Below the pieces are notes generated by a model that searched no databases, was not told where the DNA came from, and saw nothing but the letters and a program-made list of their open reading frames with translations. A stretch of DNA of 64,000 nt from Phycisphaerales bacterium JB052 (GTDB lineage: Bacteria > Planctomycetota > Phycisphaerae > Phycisphaerales > UBA1924): contig JBICHR010000001.1 of assembly GCA_043100965.1 (NCBI GenBank), positions 159,278-223,277 of the forward strand, written 5' to 3'. The translations under genes and the position numbers were made by a program. Below, piece by piece: positions 19,090-28,568 of this stretch (its first letter is position 1; every line of letters starts with the position of its first letter).

Positions 19090-19909
19090 ATTCCGATTCC
19101 CCCGAGACCTCTTCCTCGAGCCACTCCACTCGCACCATATCCAGCGGCTTGCTCGCCCGCTGAGGCAACGGGACCGCGCAGCTCGCCCCACCGCTGACCA
19201 CCGGGATCAACAGCGGCTGCCCCGATTGCAGATCCCCCGTCACCGGCGCGACCACATCCTTCTGCGCCCCGCCGGCAAGAAAATCAAACTGGCGGTATAC
19301 CTGACACACCGGGCGGATGATCTGCGGGTGATCGACCTCCCCGTCGCATGCGTGCAGGTACGCGTCGATCATGCCTGCGATGTCGGGACCGGGCTCGCCG
19401 CCGAAGTTTTCACGGCAGGTCGCCACGGGTGCTCCATGGAACATCTCGATACCCGGTGTCGCGATCAACACCTCGCCGATAAACCCCGCGTCCAGAAGCA
19501 TCTCGATGAGTTCGCCGGGATGGAAAGTCTTCAGCCGCTCGGACTTGACGATCCAGACCACACCCTCGTGCAGCGCCGCCTCCCACGCATCCTTCGCGTC
19601 CTGGATCAACTCGCTGATCGACTCGGGCATCGGCTCACCCCGCCAGATCTGGTTAAGCGCTCGCGCGTGCTCCTTAATGCTCAGCTCGGACTTGTCCATC
19701 GCCAACGCCCGCTCGTCGGGCGCGACCTTTTCGATCTCACCCAACGCCATCGCGTGGGCGTGCAGCGCGATGGTCGGAGCGACCGAGTCCTTCCAACGCT
19801 GGCCCTCAGCCGTGTCCGGGAGCGCCACGGCGCTCTGGGCATAATGCACCCAACCGGCGAGCAGGGTCGCCCAGGTGGTTGTGTCATGGGTCGATGGTGG
19901 TGTACTCAT
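19088..19909 (-). CDS. Hypothetical cytoplasmic protein (no recognised domain)
   Basis: ORF with protein-like composition. ATG 19909 (MSTPPSTHD...), and the track ORF extends to 19939. Its 5' end overlaps the CPBP gene stop, which suggests co-transcription. Confidence 0.45.
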   Translation of the reverse strand: MSTPPSTHDTTTWATLLAGWVHYAQSAVALPDTAEGQRWKDSVAPTIALHAHAMALGEIEKVAPDERALAMDKSELSIKEHARALNQIWRGEPMPESISELIQDAKDAWEAALHEGVVWIVKSERLKTFHPGELIEMLLDAGFIGEVLIATPGIEMFHGAPVATCRENFGGEPGPDIAGMIDAYLHACDGEVDHPQIIRPVCQVYRQFDFLAGGAQKDVVAPVTGDLQSGQPLLIPVVSGGASCAVPLPQRASKPLDMVRVEWLEEEVSGESE

Positions 19910-20756
19910 GACCAATCGTAGCCGCTGGACGCTTGCCAAAGACCCGCAGCCCGACCACGCACAGGACGACCAATCCGACCGATGCGATCCTTGATCCGGT
20001 CGCGCCCCAGTTGCCCAGCGGGGTCAGGGTGAGGTCGAACATATCCCACCACAGGTTCATGCCCGTGTGCAGCGCGATCACCAGCCAGAGGTTCCAGCCC
20101 GATTCCCAGTACAACCACGCGTACATAAACCCGCCCAGCGCAATCATTCCGATCCAGGGCCCCAGTTGCCCCATGATCGTCTCTCCCGCGTTGGGCGTGA
20201 GATCCACATGGGCCAGCCCGAACACGATGCCCGTGATGACCGCCGTCGCCCACATCGGGCAGCGCCCCACCTGCACCAATAACCCGAACATGAACGCACG
20301 ATAGAAGATCTCCTCGGTGAGGCCCGGCGAGAGACCGGTATACAGAATCTCGTAATGCGAGGGCGTGTACGAACTGCTCATCAGTCCCACATACAGCATC
20401 GGCAGGGTGCACACCAGCCCGACGCCGATCCCTTTGAGCGCAGGCACCCACCCGATTACCAGCCCCATCGTCGCCGACGCCCCCACCCGTTTCAGTCGCA
20501 ACACCAGCAGCCAACCCACAAGCACAAGCACCATGCGCAACACTGGGTGAATCAGGAACTGCACATCGATGGGCCACGAACCCACCAGGTTCGCGTACTC
20601 CGCGTTCATCCACAGCAGCTTTGGCCCCAGAATACCGACGAGCGTAACGCCCGCAATCAGTCCGACCACCACCCATCGGATCTCCCGCGTTTCGCTGCTT
20701 GCCAGTTCTGTACCCATCGCCCCTCCAGGTTCATGCCCTGATTCTGAATCGGGCAT
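19884..20756 (-). CDS. CPBP (CAAX/Abi) family intramembrane glutamic endopeptidase
   Basis: Multi-pass membrane protein with LTEEIFYRAFMFGLL (EExxxR motif) and FGLAHV (FxxxH motif). Start set at ATG 20756 (MPDSESGHEPGG...). The upstream 61 codons of the track ORF look non-coding. Confidence 0.75.
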   Translation of the reverse strand: MPDSESGHEPGGAMGTELASSETREIRWVVVGLIAGVTLVGILGPKLLWMNAEYANLVGSWPIDVQFLIHPVLRMVLVLVGWLLVLRLKRVGASATMGLVIGWVPALKGIGVGLVCTLPMLYVGLMSSSYTPSHYEILYTGLSPGLTEEIFYRAFMFGLLVQVGRCPMWATAVITGIVFGLAHVDLTPNAGETIMGQLGPWIGMIALGGFMYAWLYWESGWNLWLVIALHTGMNLWWDMFDLTLTPLGNWGATGSRIASVGLVVLCVVGLRVFGKRPAATIGHEYTTIDP

Positions 20757-21201
20757 CGTGCATTTCACCGTGCACAACTCACCGCGCACAAAAATCCCCC
20801 GGGCCGTGGTGGGCGTGCCCGGGGGCGGGAGGCGTAAGACCGGGGTTGAGGTGGCAGGGATGATGCCCCCCGATCTTCGCAAGTGGGATCGTGTGATCCG
20901 CAGATGTCCGCACTTCCAAACACGCGTCGCAGCGCCCAACTGGGCCTTTGCCGATCGGCGTCTCGTTTGCCCTGTTGCCCATCGCTCCCTGGCGCGAGGC
21001 GCCGCGGATGAGCTGTGCAGAGCCGGTGAACGGCCGGGATCAGTCCGTGACCCCGGTACCGCGGGGGGCTATCCGTCAGCCCGCCGACCGTTCGAGACGC
21101 TCGCGTGCACCAGCCGAGTCGAGGGCTGCCTGCCGCGTGCCTGTCTGATGTGCGTCCAGTCCTCCTTTGTGAATCAGGTCATCCGCAAATATTCAGCAAC
21201 C

Positions 21202-24200
21202 TCAGCTACAACCCAGCGAGTTGCCACAGTTCAGGCACTTGTAGCATGTCCCGCTGCGGACCGTGATCGTCCCGCACACATCGCAAGGCGGCGCATCGCC
21301 CGACGACTCGAGCGCCTTGCTCAGGGTCGCGCTGGCCGAGGTCTGCGTCACCGTCTCGGTCACGGTGACACGGGTGTTCTTACCCGTCTCAATGGCGGTC
21401 TCGGACACATGCGCCTCGCTGTGACGCTCGTCGCGGATCGTCACGCGTTCAACCTTGGCCTCCTCACGAGGTGCGGGCTTGGCTTCAACCTCGCCACCGG
21501 TGATTCGACGCGTCACCACATTGGCGCTGCTGGGGGTCTCGCTGCTCTCGGGCCGCTTGGGCGCGTTGGCATCGCGGTACCCCTCGATGAACTCCATGCC
21601 CAGCCACCTGAAGATGTAATCCACCAGCGACTTGGCGAACGGGATATCCCGGTTCGTCGTCATGCCCGAGGGCTCGAAACGCTGATGGGTGAACTTCTTG
21701 ACCAGGCTCTCAAGCGGCACGCCGTACTGCAACGCCACCGAGGTCGAGGTCCCCAGCGAGTCCATGAGCCCGCCGATGGTCGACCCCTCCTTGGCCATGG
21801 TGATGAACAGCTCGCCGGGCATGCCGTCGTCGTAGATCCCACAGGTGAGGTATCCCTCGTGCCCCGCGACATTGAACTTGTGCGTGATCGATCGGCGTGT
21901 ATCGGCAAGGCGTCGACGCATCGGGCGATGCACGATCTCGACCTCCTTCTTCACCACCACACGCACATTCTCGTCAGCCACCGCACCCGCCAACTCCGCG
22001 ACATCCGAGCTGATCTCCTCGATCATCGATTCCGCTTCCAGCTCGTCGCTGAGCTCCCCCGCATCCGCAAGCTCCTCCTCCTCGGTATCGCTCTTGGAGT
22101 TCAAGGGCTGGCTCAGCTTGCACCCGTCGCGGTACAGCGCGTTGGCCTTGAGCCCCAGCTCCCAGCTCAACCGGTACGCATCTTTGATATCCTCAACCGA
22201 CGCGTCGTGCGGCAGGTTGATCGTCTTGGAAATCGCACCGGAGATGAACGGCTGGGCCGCGGCCATCATGCGAATATGACCACCGGCTTCGATGAACCGC
22301 TTGCCGGTCTTGCCGCAGGTATTGGCGCAATCAAAGACCGGCAGGTGCTCGTCCTTCATGTGCGGCGCCCCCTCGATCGTCTGCGTGCCGCACACAAGCC
22401 CATTAAGCTCTTCAATCTGAGCGTTCGTCAGGCCGAGATGCTTGAGGGCATTGAACGACGGGTCGGCCTTGGCCTCTTCCGGATCAACCCCAATGCGGGC
22501 AAGCGTCTCGTCGCCGAGCGTCCAGGCACTGAACGCGAAACCGAGCTCGAACATGCCGGGCAGCGAATCGGTGATCTTCTTGAGATCATCGCTGTTCATC
22601 CCGTGCTCTTCGAGCCAGCCCGACAACGAGAGCCCCTCGCTATTGAGCACGCCCTCTGGCATCGGCACATGCAGGTTGAGCGTGCCGAGGATGAACTGCA
22701 CGATCTCGCGACGCTGATCGTCGTCATACCCGAGCGCCTTGAGCGCAGGGTTCACCGACGCGTTGACAATCTTGAAGTACCCACCGCCGGCGAGCTTCTT
22801 GAACTTCACCAACGCAAAGTCCGGCTCGACACCCGTCGTATCGCAATCCATCAGCAGCCCGATCGTGCCCGTGGGTGCGATGACCGTTGTCTGGGCGTTG
22901 CGGTAGCCGTGCTGCTCTCCAAACTCGAGCGCCTCATCCCACGCCTTGGTGGCACGCACGAGCAGCTCCATCGAGTTCTCGATCGGGACGCGGTGATCGC
23001 GGATCAGCCCATGATCGATCGGGACCGGCGTGATGCGCAGGTCTTCGTACTCGCCGCTGTCACGCGAAACGCCCATCGCCGCACGGCGGTGGTTGCGGAT
23101 CACACGCAGCATGTGCTCCTTCTCGGGCTCGTAGCCCGGGAAGGCGCCGTGCTCCTTGGCCATGAGCGCACTCATACGGTAACTGCGCCCGGTCAGGATC
23201 GCCGTCAGGCAACCACACACCGCCGTCGCCTCTTCCGAGTCGTACGGGATCCCCGCCTGCATGAGCATCGCGCCCAGGTTAGCGTAGCCCAGACCCAGCG
23301 TGCGGTAGGTGTAGCTCAGCTCGGCGATTTCCTTGCTGGGGAACGCCGCCATCAGCACCGAGATCTCCAGCACCATCGTCCACAGATCGATCCCGTGCTC
23401 GTACCGCTCGTAATCAAACTCGCGTGTTTCGCTATCGTAGAACTTCAGCACATTGAACGACGCGAGGTTGCACGCCGTGTTATCGAGGAACATGTACTCG
23501 CTGCACGGGTTGCTGGCGTTGATCCGACCGGCACCGGGGCAGGTGTGCCACGCGTTGATCGTCGAATCGTATTGGACACCCGGGTCCGCACAACGCCACG
23601 CGGCATACGCGATGTCGTCCCAGAGCTTGCTCGCATCAAAGGTGTTCGCGACCTCGCCCGTGGTACGGTAAGTCGTCTGCCAATCACCGCTCGCATCGAC
23701 GGCATCAAAGAACGCGTCTGGGATGCGGACGGAGTTGTTCGAGTTCTGACCCGCGACGGTGCCGTACGCCTCCCCGTTGAAGTCGTAATCGAGCTTGAGG
23801 CCCAACCGCTCGGCGGTCTCCCCCACCGTCTCGGTATCGAGCTCGGAGGTCTTCTCGCCAGCGATCGCCTTCATACCCTCAACGAGGGCCGCGACCTTGA
23901 TCTCCTCGCGGACCTTCCAGTTCACAAAGTTGTGGATATCCGGGTGGTCCATATCAAGACAGACCATTTTCGCGGCCCGGCGGGTCGTGCCGCCAGACTT
24001 GATCGCACCGGCAGCGCGATCGCCGATCTTCAGCCACGACATGAGCCCGGAGGACTTGCCGCCGCCCGAGAGCATCTCGTTCTCGGCCCGCAGGTTCGAG
24101 AAGTTCGTGCCCGTGCCCGAACCATACTTGAACAGGCGTGCCTCGCGCATCCACAGGTCCATGATCCCGCCCTCGTTCACCAGCGAGTCATCGATCGACT

Positions 24201-24774
24201 GGATAAAACAAGCATGCGGCTGCGGGTGTGTGTACGCATCGTCCGCCAGCTCGGGCACGCCCTTGGCCGGGTCCACAATCCAGTGCCCCTGCGCCGGGCC
24301 CGAGATCCCGTACGCCCAGTTCAAGCCCGTGTTGAACCACTGTGGCGAGTTGGGCGCACACACCTGGTGCACAAGCATGTACACGATCTCGTCGTAGAAC
24401 GCCTGGGCGTCCTCAGCGGTATCAAAGTAATCATGCGTCTCACCCCAGTGACGCCAGCACCCAGCCAGGCGATGGATCACCTGACGCGCCGAGCGTTCCG
24501 GACCGGTCTTGGTGGACCCGTCCTCGTTCTTGAGCTCTTTGCTCTGCCCGGGCAGCGCGAACTTGTCCTCAAACTGAGGGACCCCCGCCTTGCGGAAGTA
24601 CTTGGACACCATGATGTCCGTCGCCAACTGCGAGAACCCAACCGGGACCTCGGCATCGGGCATCTCAAAGACGACCGAGCCGTCGGGGTTCGTGATTCGA
24701 CTCGAACGCGTGGTCCACTGCGTGGATGCGAACGGGTCAGTACCTTCCGTGGTGAATCGACGAGTAATCTTCAT
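21202..24774 (-). CDS. nrdJ: Adenosylcobalamin-dependent ribonucleoside-diphosphate/triphosphate reductase (class II)
   Basis: 1190 aa. The N-terminal MKITRRFTTEG..., ATDIMVSKYFRKAG, active-site SNPCSEYMFLDNTACNLAS and C-terminal CDVCG...CYKCLNCG Cys pairs are typical of long NrdJ proteins. Confidence 0.9.
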   Translation of the reverse strand: MKITRRFTTEGTDPFASTQWTTRSSRITNPDGSVVFEMPDAEVPVGFSQLATDIMVSKYFRKAGVPQFEDKFALPGQSKELKNEDGSTKTGPERSARQVIHRLAGCWRHWGETHDYFDTAEDAQAFYDEIVYMLVHQVCAPNSPQWFNTGLNWAYGISGPAQGHWIVDPAKGVPELADDAYTHPQPHACFIQSIDDSLVNEGGIMDLWMREARLFKYGSGTGTNFSNLRAENEMLSGGGKSSGLMSWLKIGDRAAGAIKSGGTTRRAAKMVCLDMDHPDIHNFVNWKVREEIKVAALVEGMKAIAGEKTSELDTETVGETAERLGLKLDYDFNGEAYGTVAGQNSNNSVRIPDAFFDAVDASGDWQTTYRTTGEVANTFDASKLWDDIAYAAWRCADPGVQYDSTINAWHTCPGAGRINASNPCSEYMFLDNTACNLASFNVLKFYDSETREFDYERYEHGIDLWTMVLEISVLMAAFPSKEIAELSYTYRTLGLGYANLGAMLMQAGIPYDSEEATAVCGCLTAILTGRSYRMSALMAKEHGAFPGYEPEKEHMLRVIRNHRRAAMGVSRDSGEYEDLRITPVPIDHGLIRDHRVPIENSMELLVRATKAWDEALEFGEQHGYRNAQTTVIAPTGTIGLLMDCDTTGVEPDFALVKFKKLAGGGYFKIVNASVNPALKALGYDDDQRREIVQFILGTLNLHVPMPEGVLNSEGLSLSGWLEEHGMNSDDLKKITDSLPGMFELGFAFSAWTLGDETLARIGVDPEEAKADPSFNALKHLGLTNAQIEELNGLVCGTQTIEGAPHMKDEHLPVFDCANTCGKTGKRFIEAGGHIRMMAAAQPFISGAISKTINLPHDASVEDIKDAYRLSWELGLKANALYRDGCKLSQPLNSKSDTEEEELADAGELSDELEAESMIEEISSDVAELAGAVADENVRVVVKKEVEIVHRPMRRRLADTRRSITHKFNVAGHEGYLTCGIYDDGMPGELFITMAKEGSTIGGLMDSLGTSTSVALQYGVPLESLVKKFTHQRFEPSGMTTNRDIPFAKSLVDYIFRWLGMEFIEGYRDANAPKRPESSETPSSANVVTRRITGGEVEAKPAPREEAKVERVTIRDERHSEAHVSETAIETGKNTRVTVTETVTQTSASATLSKALESSGDAPPCDVCGTITVRSGTCYKCLNCGNSLGCS

Positions 24775-24862
24775 GAAACTGTCTTTCAGTGGAGTGGATC
24801 AAAGAAACAGGATCATCACGCGAAACATCATGCGTGCATGCATTCAATATTTGTGAGGCCAA

Positions 24863-25447
24863 TCAGTCGACACGGGGCAAGGTCAGCCCGCCCTGATCCT
24901 GATACTTCCCCGCCTTGTCCGCATAGCTCTGCGCACAGATCTGGTCGCCCTTGAGGAACACGAACTGGGCGACGCCCTCGTTTGCGTAGACCTTCGCGGG
25001 TAGCGGGGTCGTGTTGGAGATCTCGAGGGTCACCTTGCCGCGCCACTCGGGCTCCAGCGGGGTCACATTCACGATCAGGCCACAACGGGCGTAGGTGCTC
25101 TTGCCGACGCAGAGCACGAGGATGTCGCGGGGGATATCGAACCACTCGACGGTCTCGCACAGCGCGAAGCTGTTGGGCGGGATGATCACATGGTCGGTTC
25201 CCTGCTCGGCGGTATCGACGGTGACCATCAGCTCATCGGTGAACTTCTTGGGATCAACAACCGTGATCCCGCCGGTCTTGGGGGTCGGGGTGAAGATCTT
25301 GAAGACCGTCCCGACACGCACGTCGTAGCCATAGGACGACACGCCGTAGGAAATGGTGCCATCACGCTTGATGGCCTTCTCAAACGGCTTGATGTCGACG
25401 AGTTGTTCGATCTGGGTATCACACAGTACTGCCACGGTTCGCTCCAT
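24863..25447 (-). CDS. dcd: dCTP deaminase
   Basis: 194 aa. [57 protein letters not shown]. Sits directly upstream of nrdJ on the same strand. Confidence 0.9.
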   Translation of the reverse strand: MERTVAVLCDTQIEQLVDIKPFEKAIKRDGTISYGVSSYGYDVRVGTVFKIFTPTPKTGGITVVDPKKFTDELMVTVDTAEQGTDHVIIPPNSFALCETVEWFDIPRDILVLCVGKSTYARCGLIVNVTPLEPEWRGKVTLEISNTTPLPAKVYANEGVAQFVFLKGDQICAQSYADKAGKYQDQGGLTLPRVD

Positions 25448-26493
25448 CCCTGCGACACTCGCTGCGCCTCTTCGCGTGCGGGCCGCTGATTTGACCGGGG
25501 CTTCCCTTGCCCCGTGTGTCTCTTCTTCTCCAGCCCCTTGATTCCCACGCCCACGCGGGAGTTGGGGCTCACAAAGTGCACACCGATCGCCCAGCGGTGC
25601 TTGAACACCGCCAGCGCCAGGCGCTGAAAGTCAGTTGGTCGCGTCCTCGGCAGGTGAACGAAGTGCCGAGACAAGTTGTTGCCGGTGGAATGCCGACCCC
25701 ACCGAAGGGTCCCGATTGATCCCGAACACCATTTCCCCTGGCTGCCCCAGCAGTCCTGCTGGCAGTCCCCGTTGGTCAGCCCATCATGCCGTGTGTGGCA
25801 TGGAAAACCAGAATCAAACATACGCCGAACAACGCTCGCTGTTCAGGTTGTTGTCACGCTTGCGTCAGATTCGTGTTACCGGACCATACCGCCCCGGTGG
25901 CATGCCATTCCCTCGGGTGAATGTGAACAACCTGTCGGTTGCTTCCAAACCCCTTGAAGACAATGACTTCTCCTGCTGAACAAGCGTGCGTTTTGTACCC
26001 CAAGACCACCATATCTGGTTCATCGGTCGGGCCCTGAGCATATCACCACACAATCTGTTGGGTATGACACACTCTTGATTTTTTGGACATTTTTTCGTCC
26101 AGCTTGCCTGGTTTCACACAACGCAGGGTCGGGTCAGTTCTGAACAGTTTCGCGCCCCACCGCACCGAGCGCACAGGGTCACAACAACTTGCGCCAAAAC
26201 CGACAACCCCGCCTGGTGAAAAGTGCCTGCAATCAAAGTCCGTTCATAAGCCGAACACTACGCGGGCCCCGTCCGTTTGGGTTTTCCACATTCTCGTCGC
26301 CCTTGAGCCACCATGCACCAGCTCCAACCGCCAAGCTCACAACAACACGCACAATCGTGCATACAAACCACACTTCCCTGCGTATCGCTCTACGATGCTT
26401 GAGGCGACCCTGCGTGTACACACACCACGCCCCATCGCGATGCGATGTGCCTCAGTCCAGCCACACGACCAACACCTCCGAGGTCCCGAGCCG

Positions 26494-28548
26494 ATGCCCC
26501 ATCGCCAGAACGCCTTGTTTTCAAGACTCATTACGCACGCGCTGCTCTTTTCAGCACTGCTGATCGCCACCTCACTCTTCACCGGATGCCAGCGCTGGCG
26601 CGATCGCAACAAGCCGATTCCCAAGCCCACCATCACAGCGCCACGCATCAGCAACGACATCCCCACCCCGCTGCGGGGGACCATCGGCTCCGAAGCCACC
26701 ATCACGGGCACCGAGCGCACGCTCGTATCGGGCATCGGCTTCGTCGTCGGGCTCAACGGCACAGGTGGCCTCACCATCCCCGAGCAGTACGCCGCACACC
26801 TTGAGCGCCAGATGGGCCTCAACGGCATCGGCATCGGCAACGACCAGGGCAACAACGCCGTAACAGGCCGGACCCCCTCCGAGCTGATGCGGGACCCCAA
26901 CACCGCCGCCGTGATTGTCCAGGCCGCCATCCCCCCCGGCGCCCGCGAGGGCGAGAGCTTCGACCTCTATGTCCGAGCCATCAACGCCACCAGTCTGGAG
27001 GGCGGACGACTCTGGAGCACCGAGCTCCGCATCGGCCCCCCCAGCGCCTTCGGCGACCCCCAGGCCCGTATCATCGGCAACGCCAAAGGGCCCATCTTCC
27101 TCAATCCCTTCGCAGAACCAGGCGGACAGTACGACGGCGTCACACGCGACATCGGACGCATCCTCGACGGCGGGGTCGTGACCTTCCCCACCAAGGTCGA
27201 GATCATCCTCAACAACCCCTCCCATCAACGCGCCCGCCAGATCGTCAGCGCCATCAACACCGCCTTCCCCATGGCACCGGGCGAGCGTGAGCCCACAGCA
27301 CGGGGCAAAGATGAATCGCTGATCCTGGTCCAGATCCCCACCAAGTACCTCGATGACCGCTCGCATTTTCTCGATCTGCTCTCCCATGTCACGATCGACC
27401 AGTCCTACCCCGAGATCTACTCACGCAAGTACGCCCAGACACTCGTCAGCCAGCCCTACCTCGCCGGCGATATGTCGCTGTGCCTCGAGGCCCTCGGCGA
27501 CCGGGCCCTGCCCTTCATCAGCGACCTCTACGACCACCCCGAAGCTGGCCCCCGACTCGGTGCCCTTCGTGCGGGCGCAGCCCTCGGAGATGCACGCGTC
27601 GTCCAGCATCTGCGGGCCATGGCCCTCGACACCGACTCGAAGTTCCGGACCGACGCGATCGCGCTGATGAGCCTGATCGACGACTCGATCCTGGTCGATA
27701 CCACACTGCGCAGCCTGCTCGAATCCCCCCAGCTCACCGTGCGTGTCGAGGCCTACGAACAGCTCATGGATCGCGCTCTGCGTGCCCGCCGCAAGCGGCT
27801 GGCCCAGGTGCTCGCGGCCAACAACGACGGGCTGCTCGTCTCGGGCACGCAGCTTGAAGCCCTGTCGCGTGCATATGTCCCACCGGACCGGCTCCGTGGC
27901 GTCAGCCGTGTACTCGTCGAAGACTCATTCTTCCTCGACATCATCCCCTACGGCGAGCCCCTCATCTATATCACGCAGCAGAATGAACCCCGCATCGCCC
28001 TCTTTGGCGAACAGCTCAACCTCACCAAGCCACTGCTCGCAAGCGCGTGGTCCGACCGGCTCATGCTGATCGCTGAGGACTACTCTTCGCCCGTGCGTCT
28101 CTACTACCGAGACGACCAGACCCGCACCACCTCGACCATGAACGAGGTTCCTGAGTCGCTCCCAGAACTCATCGAACTGCTGGCCCATGCGCCCTCGCCC
28201 GAGGACCCGCGTCCCGGGCTCGGTTTCTCATACGCGCAGGTTGTGGGCGCCCTCTATCAGATCTCAGAGGATAAAGGCGTAAACGCCTCCTTCACGACTG
28301 AACAGGACCGCTTGCTCGCCGATCTGCTCGGCGCGGTGCGGAACGATGAGATCGCGATGCGACCCGAGAGTGAACGCGCCGATGAGGTCCTCGTCCCGAT
28401 CGATGACCCCACCAGCCCAGTGGTTGGCCAGAACGAAGCCCTGCGTCGTGAACGCAGAACACTGCTCGTCCCGGTGGTTCGTACCGACGAGGTCAACGAG
28501 CAGGGCGAGGTACCCAGCAGCGAAGAACCGCCCGCGCGTGAGGAGTGA
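26494..28548 (+). CDS. Lipoprotein with flagellar P-ring (FlgI)-like fold interrupted by a HEAT/ARM-like repeat region
   Basis: Start at ATG 26494 gives a lipobox leader (LLIATSLFTGC). SGIGFVVGLNGTGG, NTAAVIVQAAIPPGAREGESFDLYV..NATSLEGGRLW and IILNNPSHQRARQIVSAINTAF parallel the FlgI motifs GYGLVVGLxGTGD, NxAAVMVTAxLPPFxxxGxxxDVxVSSxGDAxSLxGGxL and LxNPDFxxAxRIxxxINxxF. The repeats LGDRALPFISDLYDHPEAGPRLGALRAGAALGDARVVQHLRAMA look HEAT-like. Confidence 0.6.
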   Translation: MPHRQNALFSRLITHALLFSALLIATSLFTGCQRWRDRNKPIPKPTITAPRISNDIPTPLRGTIGSEATITGTERTLVSGIGFVVGLNGTGGLTIPEQYAAHLERQMGLNGIGIGNDQGNNAVTGRTPSELMRDPNTAAVIVQAAIPPGAREGESFDLYVRAINATSLEGGRLWSTELRIGPPSAFGDPQARIIGNAKGPIFLNPFAEPGGQYDGVTRDIGRILDGGVVTFPTKVEIILNNPSHQRARQIVSAINTAFPMAPGEREPTARGKDESLILVQIPTKYLDDRSHFLDLLSHVTIDQSYPEIYSRKYAQTLVSQPYLAGDMSLCLEALGDRALPFISDLYDHPEAGPRLGALRAGAALGDARVVQHLRAMALDTDSKFRTDAIALMSLIDDSILVDTTLRSLLESPQLTVRVEAYEQLMDRALRARRKRLAQVLAANNDGLLVSGTQLEALSRAYVPPDRLRGVSRVLVEDSFFLDIIPYGEPLIYITQQNEPRIALFGEQLNLTKPLLASAWSDRLMLIAEDYSSPVRLYYRDDQTRTTSTMNEVPESLPELIELLAHAPSPEDPRPGLGFSYAQVVGALYQISEDKGVNASFTTEQDRLLADLLGAVRNDEIAMRPESERADEVLVPIDDPTSPVVGQNEALRRERRTLLVPVVRTDEVNEQGEVPSSEEPPAREE

Positions 28549-28568
28549 TCCACCACGCCGATCGGCGC

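Noticed and set aside
20569-24954. 1461-aa ORF on the + strand, the longest in the track
   Set aside because: It lies exactly antisense to nrdJ (and the dcd 3' end). Its composition is Arg/Leu/Gly/His/Asp-rich with no motifs, while the - strand encodes a full, motif-rich class II ribonucleotide reductase. This is a typical high-GC antisense artefact.
25640-25800. Possible cobalamin riboswitch upstream of dcd-nrdJ (- strand fragments AGGGGAAATGGTG and ACCTGCC)
   Set aside because: Only fragments resemble the consensus. The GCCACTG element and the canonical spacing are not visible, and a B12 riboswitch would be unexpected in front of a B12-dependent reductase. The region is kept only as a generic structured-RNA candidate pending cmscan.
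26083-26493. N-terminal extensions of track ORFs (26083-26493; also 29788-30147, 30680-31186, 38845-39141, 57980-58384, 61922-62029)
   Set aside because: The extensions are Pro/Arg/Ser/Thr-rich, lack homology-like motifs, and often overlap neighbouring genes or terminators. Internal ATGs give proper signal peptides, lipoboxes or Shine-Dalgarno sequences.
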